Positions 35,133 to 48,209 of a DNA stretch of 64,000 bases are shown in pieces. Under the pieces are notes generated by a model. That model had not been told where the DNA came from. It ran no database searches and worked only from the letters and a program-made list of their open reading frames with translations. The translations under genes were made by a program, and so were the position numbers. The DNA is from Phyllobates terribilis (Eukaryota): positions 444,292,001-444,356,000 of the forward strand of contig NW_027362767.1 of assembly GCF_046119375.1 (NCBI RefSeq), read 5' to 3'. How positions within the stretch are numbered: the first letter of the stretch is position 1; each line of letters begins with the position of its first letter.

Positions 35133-37647
35133 TAGTGTTGAGCCACCCCCGTAGTGTTCGGGTTCGGTTTGTTGAACACCAGGATGTTCATGGAACTGTT
35201 CGTCGAACACCTTAGAACACTGTCGAACAGCGTCGAACACCGTTAAAACCAATGGCAGGCAAATAAAAACACATAGAAAACACCTTCAAAGGTGTCCAAA
35301 AGCTGACAAACTGCTCAGAAGACACTCTCTTTAAAAAAGCCGGCCGGCAATTCAGCATTGGTACCCGACAATTCAGGACAGAAAGAATAGAGCATCACAC
35401 ATAGATTAGATAGATAGAAACATGTAAGTCACATATATAAGAAGTACAGTGACAGTGTTGGTTACTGTACTTGTCATTTAGTGTTAAAATAAAGGATTTA
35501 TTTAAAAAAAAATTGGCATGGGGTTCCCCATAATTTTAGTCTCTAGCGGAGGTTAAGCAGATGGCTGGGGCAGATGTTTGAAGCCTGGGAAGGGGGTAAT
35601 ACCCACGGAGCTTCCCAGGCTACTAATATCAGCCCCCAGCTGAATACCTGGCCTTTAATAGCTATTAAAATGGGGGACCCCCCAAAAAAATGATGTGGGG
35701 TCCCCCCTATTTTAATAGCTAGCAAAGGCTAGGTAGACAGCTGGGGGCTGATATTAATAGCCCAGGAAGGGTGCCATGAATATTGGCCCCTCCCAGGCTA
35801 GAAACACCAGCCGTCAGCCGCCCCAGAAATGGCGCATCCATAGGATGCGCCAATTCTGGCACTTAGCCTCGTGCTGTGAGAGTGAGAGAATTCTCCTGCG
35901 CTCACGGCAAGCGCAGGGGAATTTTCCCACGCTGTCAGTGACATGCATGAGGTGAGCTGAATTCAATGAACTCAGCTCACCTCTTGCACGTCACTGACAG
36001 CTTGGGAAAATTCTCCTAAGCTTGTGCTTGCCGTGAGCACAGGAGAATTCTCTCATGCTCACCGCATGCGCAGGAGAATTCTCCCACTCTGTCAGTGACG
36101 TGCATGAGTTGAGCTGAATTCATTGGATGCCGTCACAGCCAGACACTGAGGAGCGCAAGCATGCCTGTGCTTCTCAGTGTCTGCGGCATGGCAAGCAAGA
36201 TGGCAGCGTTCTGCTGCGATCCAGCCTGTCATCTCGATATAGCAGAGCTGGAACCGTCCTGGGAACCATGGAAAGGTAAGGATGATGTTGGTTTATTATT
36301 TTATTGCAGGAGATCGTTGGTTTCAGCTGGAATGGGCGTGATGGTAAGTATGGTTTAATTTAGAACAATAAAGAATTGTGTGTTTATTTCAATTAAAGGA
36401 CTTTATTCTGGGTGTTTGTGTTTTTTTTAACTTTGACTATGGGGTTAGTAATGGGGATGTCTTATAGACGCCTCTCCATTACTAACCTGGGCTTGATGTC
36501 AGCTGGCATTATAAGCTGACATCAACCCCAGCCCTATTACCACACTGCCACCGCTACAGGGCAGTGGGAAGAGCGAGGCTAAGTGCCAGAATTGGCGCAT
36601 CCTATGGATGCGCCATTTCTGGGGCGGCTGACGGCTGGTGTTTCTAGCCTGGGAGGGGGCCAATATTCATGGCACCCTTCCTGGGCTATTAATATCAGCC
36701 CCCAGCTGTCTGCCTAGCCTTTGCTAGCTATTAAAATAGGGGGGACCCCACGTCATTTTTTGGGGGGTCCCCCATTTTAATAGCTAGTAAAGGCTAGGTA
36801 TTTAGCTGGGGGCTGATATTAGTAGCCTGGGAAGCTCCTTGGGTATTACCCCCTTCCCAGGCTTCAAACATCTGCCCCAGCCATCTGCTTAACCTCCGCT
36901 AGCATCCTATGGATGCGCCATTTCTGGGGCGGCTGACGGCTGGTGTTTCTAGCCTGGGAGGGGGCCAATATTCATGGCACCCTTCCTGGGCTATTAATAT
37001 CAGCCCCCAGCTGTCTGCCTAGCCTTTGCTAGCTATTAAAATAGGGGGGACCCCACGTCATTTTTTGGGGGGTCCCCCATTTTAATAGCTAGTAAAGGCT
37101 AGGTATTTAGCTGGGGGCTGATATTAGTAGCCTGGGAAGCTCCTTGGGTATTACCCCCTTCCCAGGCTTCAAACATCTGCCCCAGCCATCTGCTTAACCT
37201 CCGCTAGAGACTAAAATTACGGGGAACCCCACGTCAATTTTTTTTTAAATAAATCCTTTATTTTAGCACTAAATGACAAGTACAGTAATCAACACTATCA
37301 CTGTACTTCATATATATGTGACTGACATGTTTCTATCTATCTAATCTATGTGTGATGCTTTATTCTTTCTGTTCTAAATTGTCGGGTACCAGTGTATGCC
37401 ACTGCTGAATTGCCGGCTTTTCATGTTTCACTGTGAGCACTGTTCCCATCGATTTGGGAAACCACTGTAATGCCACAACCACCATGGCTGTGACATTACA
37501 GTGAGTGGCAGACAATCCCTGCATGATGTGAAAAAATCCAGTTACGCTTTTGGTGCACGAACAGTTATCAAACATAACCTCGAACAGCCCAAAACTGCTC
37601 GACTTTGAGATTGGTGAACAGTTCTAGTCGAACACCGCTCATCTCTA
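35133..37647. mobile_element. Non-autonomous hAT (2.5 kb) with a fold-back interior, inserted in hAT copy 2
   Basis: Perfect 8-bp TSD ATCAGAAT (35125-35132 and 37648-37655), and imperfect ends TAGTGTTGAGCC and CGCTCATCTCTA. 35340-35880 is inverted relative to 36560-37420. Confidence 0.9.
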
Positions 37648-37762
37648 ATCAGAATTACTCCTTAGAAGGACTGTTAGCGTAGATTTCTAATAGTGTGGAA
37701 TACCTCACTAAAACAACTCAGTGAGCAGCACCTCTCCCTACTCTGCCTGCTTGATTGGTAGA

Positions 37763-38051
37763 TAGTGATGAGCGAGTATGTTTTGTTAACCCTTTCACCG
37801 AGTCTGCTCGGGCGAGCACCGAGTAGTTACAGCTGCTCGGTGATATGTTTGAATCACTCCCGTGTGCATGATTTGCGACTGTTTGACAGCTTTAATACAT
37901 GTGAGGAATGTTTAAGAAATAGCCAAACATGCGGGTGGAACTCGAGCTCCAGCCCGAGCATTTCAAAATTACTCGCCGAGCACCTAGCATCTCGAGCACT
38001 GAAATGCTTGGGTGAGTACCGAATAGTGGTGAGTATGCGCGCTCATCACTA
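37763..38051. mobile_element. hAT MITE (289 bp), same family as 55867-56167
   Basis: TIRs TAGTGATGAGCG and CGCTCATCACTA, interior matching the MITE at 55867, flanks TTGGTAGA/TTGGCAGC (6/8). Confidence 0.85.
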
Positions 38052-38312
38052 TTGGCAGCAACTTTAAATCTATAGGAGAAATTTTTGTGTGCACACAGAA
38101 TAGTATACATATATGAGAATTTGTGGAGTTTTAATGCCTGAAGGATATGGTTCTTAACGTGGTTGTCCACTAGTCTGACAACAACTTCTCAATCACTATG
38201 TTGGCCCCTTATAAAATAACGACAGCAATACTCAACTCCGGTGCTGGCACCATTCCAGCAGTGTCAGCAGTGACTCTTCCGGGGCTCCGGCGGTGACTAT
38301 AGCTGTTATCTA

Positions 38313-39650
38313 TCTATATAGTTGTCTTATCCCATCTGTCTGTCTGTCTTTCTGTCTGTCTGTCTGTCCTGGAAATGCCGGGTCGCTGATTGGTCCGGCC
38401 GCGGCCAATCAGCGACGCGACATTTCAGAAAAACATGGCGGCCGTTAGCGGCTCATGTGCGGCACGGAGGTCAGCGGCGATGCAGCTGGGAGATGCAGCC
38501 GTCCGCTTATCTCCCGAGGACAAGTGTGAAGCCCCTCCCCTCCTTTCCCCTCCTCTCCCCTCCTCTCCTCTCCCCTCCATCAGGACCCCGGCACCCGGCG
38601 TCATACTTACCCCTCCCCTCCTCTCCCCTCCCCTCTCCTCTCCTCCCGTCCCTCCCCCCGCTTGATCAGGACCCCGGCACCCGGCGTCATACTTACCCCT
38701 CCCCATGCCTCCGCAGCAGCTCCTGTGTCTTCCGCTGATGCTCTGTGACGTCTCAGGTCAGAGGGCGCGGTGACGTCTTTACACCGCGCTCTCTCCTGAC
38801 CGGTCACAGCGTGAAGATGCCGGCTGCGCTCGAGTCCAGAGAAGCAGTGAGGTGAGTATTGAATTTTTATTTTTTTTGTATGGGGCCATAGGGCACCTGC
38901 ATGGGGCACTATGGGGGGATGGGACATCCTGCATGGGGTATTATATAGGGGGGATGTGACAGCCTGCATGGGGCATTATATGGGGGGAGAGGTGACATGC
39001 TGCATGGGCCATTATATGGGGGGAGAGGTGACATCCTACATGGGGCATTATATGGGGGAGAGGTGACATCCTGCATGGGGCATTATATGGGGGAGAGGTG
39101 ACATCCTGCATGGGGCATTATATGGGGGAGAGGTGACATCCTGCATGGGGTATTATATAGGGGGAATGTGACAGCCTGCATAGGGCATTATATGGGGGGA
39201 GAGGTGACATCCTACATGGGGCATTATATGGGGCAGAGGTGACATCCTGCATGGGGCATTATATGGGGGAGAGGTGACATCCTGCATGGGGTATTATATA
39301 GGGGGGATGTGACAGCCTGCATGGGGCATTATATGGGGGGAGAGGTGACATCCTGCATGGGTGATTATATGGGGGATGAGGTGACATCCTACATGGGGCA
39401 TTATATGGGGGAGAGGTGACATCCTGCATGGGGTATTATATAGGGGGAATGTGACAGCCTGCATAGGGCATTATATGGGGGGAGAGGTGACATCCTGCAT
39501 GGGCCATTATATAGGGGGAGAGGTGACATCCTACATGGGGCATTATATGGGGGAACAAGTGACATCCTGCATGGGGTATTATATAGGGGGGATGTGACTT
39601 CCTGCATGGGGCATTATAAAGGAGGGTCGGGAGACATATGCTAGAATTTG
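38313..39650 (+). mobile_element. Probable non-autonomous Helitron-like element with an internal minisatellite
   Basis: TCTATATA start followed by (ctgt)n, a ctgattggt...accaatcag hairpin and CTAG near 39641. No TIR or TSD. The family call is from recall of anuran repeats. Confidence 0.5.
38880..39620. repeat. About 37-bp G-rich minisatellite (atggggcattatatgggggagaggtgacatcctgc)n
   Basis: About 19 tandem units seen directly. Confidence 0.95.
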
Positions 39651-40735
39651 TAACTTTTGTTTTATGTGATGTTATTACAAAATAACCAAAAAGAAAAATC
39701 TCCGACATAAGTTATTCACAGTGTATACATCCGAATATTAAGATTCTTATTTTTTCTTCACCAGTGGCAGGAGGATAAGTTATGCTGATTGCTAAAGGCA
39801 GAGAATGTTGTATCCGAGGTGCTATGTAATTTAGTATTTCTACAAGTTGTGAGGATGTTTTTTAAGGAAGTAGAAGGCTGAAAGGTTTTGGCAGTTCAAG
39901 CAACAATGATGCAAGTTTGTAACCCAAATATTCTCTGAAGCATTCCCAGCCTCTATAAGAATGGGAAATTGTGCTGAGCCTATAACCAAAAATGCTCGGC
40001 CAAACTAAATTGCACAATAAAAAATCAGATTATCATCGTACAGCCACAGAACGTGTGTATCAACTCAAAAGACATTAAAAAATAAAATAAATAAATAAAA
40101 AATAAAAATCTAAAAAATAGAGCTAAATATGAAGTTAATGAGCACTCCGTAAAGCTGAAATTATGCTTAATGATTAAAGTAAGCTTTATATGTCCAAAGG
40201 AACCAAACAATAAAATGCTTTCAGACTTAAAGCGGAAAATAATGCTGACGGCCGTACGGAAATTCAGATTGTGTCATCACTTGTGAGCAGAAGATATTTT
40301 TATTAATATTATCAAAACTACTTAAACATTAAAAGCCTTATTGAACCGTTATGCTGGATGCTAATTAAAAAGCGGAGGAAAAAAACCCTGAGTTCCCAAA
40401 AGTAGTGTTTTGTAATTTCGAGGGTATTTTCTTATCCCAGCAATTTGGAATAAATCTGACTAAGCGAAAGTTTTGCACTGCAGTGTCTGCTAAATCCTCC
40501 AATAATTAAGGTTAGACTGGAGTCTACAGAGTTTGTGATGTTGTCCATGTATCAGGGGGATGTCGCTTCAGATGTTTTGTTGGAACAAATAATTAGCTAA
40601 TTAAAGAAAGTGACACATTTTATCATCCAGAAATATCCAAGTTATTATCTGTTTGCTAGAATTTATGGAGTTTAGTTCAGTAAATAAATGAAGAGGAATT
40701 TCAAGCAAACGGATAGGAGGCAGTACACCTATATT

Positions 40736-41416
40736 CAGTGGGGAAAATAAGTATTTGATACGCTGCCGATTTTGCACGTTTTTCCACCTACACAGAATGG
40801 AGAGATCTGTAATTTTTATCGTAGGTCACTACAACTGTGAGAGACAGAATCTAAAAATAAAATCCAGAAAATCACATTGTATGATTTTAACATAATTACA
40901 TTGCATTTTATTGCATAAAAAAAAGTATTTGATCACCTACCTGTATAAAAGACACCTGTCCACACACACAGACTCAATCACACTCCAACCTCTCCACCAT
41001 GGCCAAAACCAAAGAGCTGTCTAAGGACACCAGGGACAAAATTGTAGACCAGCACAAGACTGGGATGGGCTACAGGACAATAGGCAAGCAGCTTGGTGAG
41101 ACGGCAACAACTGTTGGCGCAATTCTTAGAAAATGGGAGAAACACAAGATGACTGTCAATCTTCCTCAGTCTGAGACTATGCAAGATCTCGCCTTGTGGG
41201 GTAAGGATGATTCCGAGAAAGGTCACGAATCAACTCAGAACTACACGGGAGGAACTGGTCAATGACCTGAAGAGAGCAGGGACCACAGTCTAAAACATTA
41301 CCATTAGTAACACACTACGGTGTCATGGATTAAAATCCTGCAGGGCACACAAGGTCCCCCTGCTCACGCCAGCATGTGTCCAGACCCGTTTGAAGTTCAC
41401 CAATCACCATCTGGAT
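40736..41416 (+). mobile_element. Tc1/mariner 5' fragment
   Basis: cagtggggaaaataagtatttgatac terminus and the [19 protein letters not shown] start at 40999. Same family as 53352-54752. Confidence 0.9.
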
Positions 41417-41605
41417 GATAATGCTTTGATAAAGGGCACATTACATGCTCAAAACACGTAAGAATCTCTTCCTTGGTCCATGTGCTGAATTTTTTTATAT
41501 TTTTTCCTTGAAAATAAAGATGTGATTTTATCCATCTGCTGAATTTGCAAGAGTGTTGGATTGCACCTGTTCCCTAGTTGAGCTGACTATACACTTGTTT
41601 TGCTT

Positions 41606-43163
41606 GCAGTATTATAGTAGTTATATTCTTGTACATAGGGGGCAGTATTATAGTAGTTATATTCTTGTACATAGGGGCAGTATTATAGTAGTTATATTCT
41701 TGTACATAGGAGCAGTATTATAGTAGTTATATTCCTGTACATAGGGGGCAGTATTATAGTAGTTATATTCTTGTACATAGGGGGCAGTATTATAGTAGTT
41801 ATATTCTTGTACATAGGAGCAGTATTATAGTAATTATATTCGTGTACATAGGGGCAGTATTATAGTAGATATATTCTTGTACATAGGAGCAGTATTATAG
41901 TAGTTATATTCTTGTACATAGGAGTAGTATTATAGTAGTTATATTCTTGTACATAGGAGCAGTATTATAGTAGTTATATTCTTGTACATAGGGGGCAGTA
42001 TTATAGTAGTTATATTCTTGTACATAGGAGCAGTATTATAGTAGTTATATTCTAGTACATAGGAGCAGTATTATAGTAGTTATATTCTTATACATAGGAG
42101 CAGTATTATAGTAGTTATATTCTTGTACATAGGAGCAGTATTATAGTAGTTATATTCTAGTACATAGGAGCAGTATTATAGTAGTTATATTCTTGTAAAT
42201 AGGGGCAGTATTATAGTAGTTATATTCTTGTATATAGGAGCAGTATTATAGTAGTTATATTCTTGTACATAGGAGCAGTATTATAGTAGTTATATTCTTG
42301 TATATAGGAGCAGTATTTTAGTGGTTATATTCTTGTACATAGAGGGCAGTATTATAGTAGGTATATTCTTGTACATAGGGGGCAGTATTATAGTAGTTAT
42401 ATTCTTATACATAGAGGGCAGTATTATAGTAGTTATATTCTTGTACATAGGAGCAGTAATATAGTAGTTAGATTCTTGTACATAGGGGCAGTATTATAGT
42501 AGTTATATTCTTGTACATAGGGGGCAGTATTATAGTAGTTATATTCTTGTACATAGGGGCAGTATTATAGTAGTTATATTCTTGTACATAGGGAGCAGTA
42601 TTATAGTAGTTATATTCCTGTACATAGGGAGCAGTATTATAGTAGTTATATTCTTGTACATAGGGGGCAGTATTATAGTAGTTATATTCTTGTATATAGG
42701 AGCAGTATTATAGTAGTTATATTCTTGTATATAGGAGCAGTATTATAGTAGTTATATTCTTGTACATAGGAGCAGTATTATAGTAGTTATATTCTTGTAC
42801 ATAGGGGCAGTATTATAGTAGTTATATTCTTGTACATAGGGGCAGTATTATAGTAGTTATATTCTTGAACATAGGAGCAGTATTATAGTAGTTAAATTTC
42901 TGCACATTGGTCGCAGTATTATAGTAGTTATATTCTTGTACATAGGGGGCAGTATTATAGTAGTTATATTCTTGTTCATAGGGGCAGTATTATAGTAGTT
43001 ATATTCTTGTACATAAAGGGCAGTATTATAGTGGTTATATTATTGTACATAGGGTCAGCATTATAGTAGTTATATTCTTGTACATAGGAGCAGTATTATA
43101 GTAGTTAAATTCCTGCACATTGGTCGCAGTATTATAGTAGTTATATTCTTGTACATAGGGGGC
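41606..43163. repeat. 35-36-bp minisatellite (gcagtattatagtagttatattcttgtacatagga)n
   Basis: More than 40 tandem units. Confidence 0.98.
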
Positions 43164-44075
43164 TGTTAGGCACCGGGTGGTTGCTGGATCTGAAATGGGT
43201 TCAGAATCTTCAGTGGATTCTGTGGTGTCTCCTTCTGGTCCTGCCGGGGCTGATGCTGCACAGCATCACCGTCAGTCTCAATGCACAGGTTGTATCTCGG
43301 GTGTTTGTGCCTAGCAATATGAAGTATAGGTTGCACAGGGAGTCAGGCCTCCGGCAGCCTAAGTCCAAGATGCATCGCACTGAGCATGCCCGTGACATGG
43401 CGGATCGTGATTGGTGGTTCGGGAGCCACCTGATCCGGTGACCTGGCACCGCCTGATTGGTCGCGGGTGACATCACCAATGGTGCGACGGTGGGCAGGAC
43501 TTAATCTTTAAAAGGCCCGCCCACAAACATGGCGGCGCACTCTGATCTTTGAGCAGTGGTGGTGTGGTGTGTATGCTTGAGCTCCCCGTGAGCTGTAGTG
43601 GAAATAGGCTGGTCTAGTGGAGATAGGCAGGTTAGCGGAAATAGGCAGGTAGCTTCGCCCAGCTGTCTGGCTCTGACAAGGGGGTCGCCATACACCCCGA
43701 GCCGTCTGCAGACGCTGTATTCCCGGTACCGCCTGTGAGCCACGTGGACCGAGCCTCCTCAGTCAGGTAGCACGCCGGCTGAGAGCACGTATACCCGGCG
43801 GGTATCACACCCGCACCATAGCACCTACTGCATAGCCCCTGTGTAGTTAACAGGGCTACAGCTACTTCCCCGGTCGCACATCTCCCGGGCAGTTAACGGA
43901 GATAGAGCGAACCGCTATACCCATTCCTGTGTGCTGTAACACGGAAGGGTTTATATTTAAGTTGGTTGTTTTTCTTCTCACCCGGAAGGTGTTCGGCCGC
44001 AGTCCACCAGGCTGCATTGCGGAACCCGGGGTCGGTTGCTTTCCATTATAATAAAGTTTGTTTGCAACCGTCCCC
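43164..44075 (+). mobile_element. LTR-like insertion interrupting the minisatellite
   Basis: GC-rich unique sequence starting TGTTAGG, with AATAAA at about 44050. The satellite resumes at 44076 and no TSD is evident. Confidence 0.55.
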
Positions 44076-44340
44076 AGTATTATAGTAGTTATATTCTTGT
44101 ACATAGGAGCAGTATTATAGTAGTCATATTCTTGTACATAGGAGCAGTATTATAGTAGTTATATTCTTGAACATAGGAGCAGTATTATAGTAGTTAAATT
44201 TCTGCACATTGGTCGCAGTATTATAGTAGTTATATTCTTGTACATAGGAGCAGTATTATAGTAGTTATATTCTTGTATATAGGAGCAGTATTATAGTAGC
44301 TATATTTTTTGTACATAGGGGCAGTATTATAGTAGTTATA
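44076..44340. repeat. Continuation of the 35-36-bp minisatellite
   Basis: Same unit as 41606-43163. Confidence 0.95.
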
Positions 44341-45689
44341 GGAATAGGAGTGCACTATTACTGTGCAGAGCATTATTACTCTTTAGGGCACTGGTGATAG
44401 TACTATATTGTTTGTGCGGAGTTGTGGGAATGTAAGTCAAAGATGTGTTTGTTTTACATTTTGAGGAGACGAGTCATGAATGGAAGAAGTGGTTATCGTA
44501 GTCTAGGCCAAATGGAACAGAAAAGCGAACATGAATGACTATGATAAGTGAAAATGTCACCAGAAAGCTGCTGGATTTATATTATCTACACCTATGAGGT
44601 CTGCAGGGCACTGGTGTAGAGCTGATATTACCATTATGTGGTTACTTTATGGGGTTAATATCAGTTATAGTACTGTGGTTTTGGATAATGATCAGTAGTA
44701 TGATATCACTACCATATATGGTGGTAATATGTGGTTATGGTCTGGCGGTATTATTTGTCTCTTACAGTTAGGTTCAGAAATATTTGGACAGTTACAAAAG
44801 TTTTGGCATTTAAGTTGGTTACCAAAACGCATTCTAGATACAGCTCTATAATCTATATGGGCTTAAAGTGACGACTCTCATCTTTAATTTGAGGGTATTC
44901 ACATCTTAATTGGAGGAAGGGTTTAAGAATTACAGCTCTTTAATATGTAGCTTCACTTTTTAAGGTGACCAAAACTGATTGGATAATTATCTCAAAAAGC
45001 TCTTTAATGGGCAGCATGGGATTTTCCCTCGTTAATCCGTGATTAGTGTTGAGCATTCCAATACTGTAATATCGGGTATCGGCCGATATTCGCGGTATCG
45101 GAATTCCGATACTTAATTCCGATACTTTGACAATATCGGATACCGGAATCGGAAGTTCCCATAATGCCTGTGCTCTGCAGTGTCTCTGAAGGATGACAAG
45201 CTGGATGGCAGCGCTCAGCTGAGATCCAGCCTGTCATCAGAATGCCATCCCAGCGTGGGAGAATTCTCCTGATTGTTTAAAAGCCGGCGGGCGGTAAAAA
45301 GCCGCCGGCTTTTAAACAATCACACAGCCCCATACTGCTTCCCCGCAGCCTCCCACCCCGATCCTCCGCTCCCCTCGCCACCTCCCATCCCGATCGTAAG
45401 CTAGGACCGGGCGGGGAGCGCAGCACCAAGGAGCGAAGGACCCGGGCGGGGAAGCAGGCAATGAAAAGACTTCACCGCCGGCTTTCCCGTTCTGTGCTGC
45501 GCTTTCCCGCCGGTTATTTCAAATGAACAGCTGAGGTATCAGGTGATGCCGATCAGCTGTTCATTTGAAGTCGCCGCGGTGCCCTCAGAGGGTTCATGTG
45601 AGTTCATGCTTGACTGCATGAACTCACATGAACTTTCCCACGGCCGCACAGGTCAGCCTCACCTCCCAGACCATCAGCCCGTCATGATT

Positions 45690-45845
45690 AGTGTGTGTGC
45701 GGGTGTGTGTGCGGGGTGTGTGTGCGGGGTGTGTGTGCGGGGTGTGTGTGCGATGTGTGCGGGTGTGCGCGGTGTCTGTGCGATGTCTGCGAGTGTGTGC
45801 GGGTGTGCGCTGTGTCTGTGCGATGTGTGCGGGTGTGTGCGTGCA
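45690..45845. repeat. (gtgtgtgcgg)n low-complexity repeat
   Basis: Seen directly in the sequence. Confidence 0.9.
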
Positions 45846-47319
45846 GGCAGACATAGGCCGATGTGACACTACTACTCCCATCGGCCTATGTCTGTCCCCC
45901 GTCCACTCGTGCCAGCAGGATCAGCTCGATGGGAGCAGTAGTTCCCATCAGCCTGATCCTGCTATATAAATTGCCCTACTGTGTCCCCAATAAATTTTAA
46001 ATACATGTCATTGGTGGCCAGTGGTTACCTACAATAAATTAGTTCATACATTACCTGTACCCGCCGATCGCCACCTAAAATAAAGTAAAAAATAAAAAAC
46101 TACACCTATACTCACCTAGACACCTAATTCCCCGAAGCCATCGATCTCCTGTAATAAAATATAAAATAATAAACCACAACCTTATCCTTACCCCTCCGTA
46201 GTAGTCCACGAGTGTCCCACGATGATCTCCAGTTCAGAGCAGCCACATAGAATGTGACCGCTCTGAACCGCTGCCGCCGCTAGAATGACGGGGCCGTAAG
46301 GGTTCACCGGAGTTCAGGCAGCGCTGCTCCGGTTAGCTCCTTTACGGCCCTGCTGTATCGTGAGAAATTCCCACGGTACAGCAGTGCCGTAAAGGGGGTC
46401 TCCGGAGCTGCGCTGACTGAATGCACTCCGGTGACCTCAGTCAGTGGCTCCCGCTGCCGGGAGCGGACGTGTTCCCGGCAGCGTGAGCTTACAGCAGCCA
46501 TGACAGCTGTCACCATCTCCAGATGTGACAGCTGTGCATGGGAGATCAGCGCAGGAACGTGGACAGGTAACTATTATTTTTAGTAAACTAAGAATTAAAT
46601 AAAATTGTGTGTTTTATTTCAAATAAATTATTTTTTTCTGAGTGTAGTGTGTTTTTTCTTTTTAACACTTTGTAGGTTAGTAATGGGGGTGTCTTATAGA
46701 CGCCCATCATTACTAACCTGGGCTTCATGGCAGCTGGCTCTGACATGAACCCCAGCCCTATTACCCCCTGCCACCGCACCAGGGCAGCGTGGAAGAGTGA
46801 GGCTAAGTGCCAGAATTGGCGCATCCTATGGATGCGCCATTTCTGGGGCGGCTGACGGCTGGTGTTTCTAGCCTGGGAGGGGGTCATTATTCATGGCACC
46901 CTTCCTGGGCTATTAATATCAGCCCCCAGCTGTCTGCCTAGCCTTTGCTAGCTATTAAAATAGGGGGGACCCCACGTCATTTTTTTGGGGGGGGTCCCCC
47001 ATTTTAATAGCTAGTAAAGGCTAGGTATTCAGCTGGGGGCTGATATTAGTAGCCTGGGAAGCTCCGTGGGTATTACCCCCTTCCCAGGCTTCAAACATCT
47101 GCCCCAGCCGTCTGCTTAACCTCCGCTAGAGACTAAAATTATGGGGGATCCCACGTCATTTTTTTTTTAAATAAATCCTTTATTTTAACACTAAATGACA
47201 TTTGAGGAGTTAATAAAGATGCAGTCCCTAAATTATTACTTATTTTTTAATAAATTTTTCCCAAAACTTTTGACGTGGGCTTCGCCATATTTTTGTATGC
47301 CAGCCAGGTACAGCATCCA

Positions 47320-48015
47320 GCTTCTATGAACGCGCCATTTTCCGGGGCGGCTGCGGACTGCAATTTTCAGCGGGGGGGGGGGGCAGAAAGCTTGGGCCTC
47401 CCTGCGCTGCAGATTCCATCCCCCAGCTGCCTAGTTGTACCTGGCTGGACACAAAAATAGGGAGAAGCTCCACGTTTTTTTTTTTTTTAATTATTTCATG
47501 AAATTCATGGAATAATTAAGAAAAAAAGGGCTTCCCTATATTGTTGTGTACAACCAGGTACAAATAGGCAGCTGGTGGTTGGGGGCATCCCGTTCCTGCC
47601 TGCTGTACCTGACTGGACACAAATATAGGGCGAAGCCCCACGTCAATTTTTTTTAATTATTTCAGGAAATTCATGAAATAATTAAAAAAAAATTATGTGG
47701 GGCTTCGCCCTATATTTGTGTCCAGTCAGGTACAGCAGGCAGGAACGGGCTGCCCCCAACCACCAGCTGCCTATTTGTACCTAGCCGGACACAACAATAT
47801 AGGGAAGGCCTTTTTTTCTTAATTATTCCATGAATTTCATGAAATAATTAAAAAAAAAAATACGTGGGGCTTCGCCCTATTTTTGTGCCCAGCCAGGTAC
47901 AACTAGGCAGCTGGGGGCTGGAATCCGCAGCGCAGGGAGACCCAAGCTTTCTGCCCCCCCCCCCCGCTGCAAATTGCAGTCCGCAGCCGCCCCAGAAAAT
48001 GGCACGTTCATAGAA
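47320..48015. repeat. About 700-bp near-perfect palindrome
   Basis: Arms of about 350 bp mirror around ttaattatttca-ggaaattca-tgaaataattaa at about 47667. Confidence 0.92.
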
Positions 48016-48209
48016 GCGCCATCTTCTGGCGCTCTACCCAACTCATCCAGGGCCCTGGTGCGGTGGCTCACTGGGTAATAAAGGGGTTAAGGCCAGCTTG
48101 GCATTATCAGCTGGCCCTAAGCCCGAAATTCATGGGGTCACGCCAATATTAGACATGACCACCATGAATTTCTAGTAAAGTATTTAAAAAAACACAACAC
48201 CCAGAATAA

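Larger units (their letters stand above)
29430..38051 (-). mobile_element. hAT DNA transposon copy 2, inverted, decayed and with nested insertions
   Basis: TIR TATTGATGAGCGAGCAC at 29430. 29430-30000 is the reverse complement of the copy-1 3' end, with the transposase on the minus strand. The far boundary is uncertain: flanks TTGGCAAC (29422-29429) and TTGGCAGC (38052-38059). Confidence 0.85.

Noticed and set aside
38152-38300. Possible Kolobok/T2-type MITE start (ttaa..ggttgtccac)
   Set aside because: No partner end was located, so it is too weak to list as a feature.
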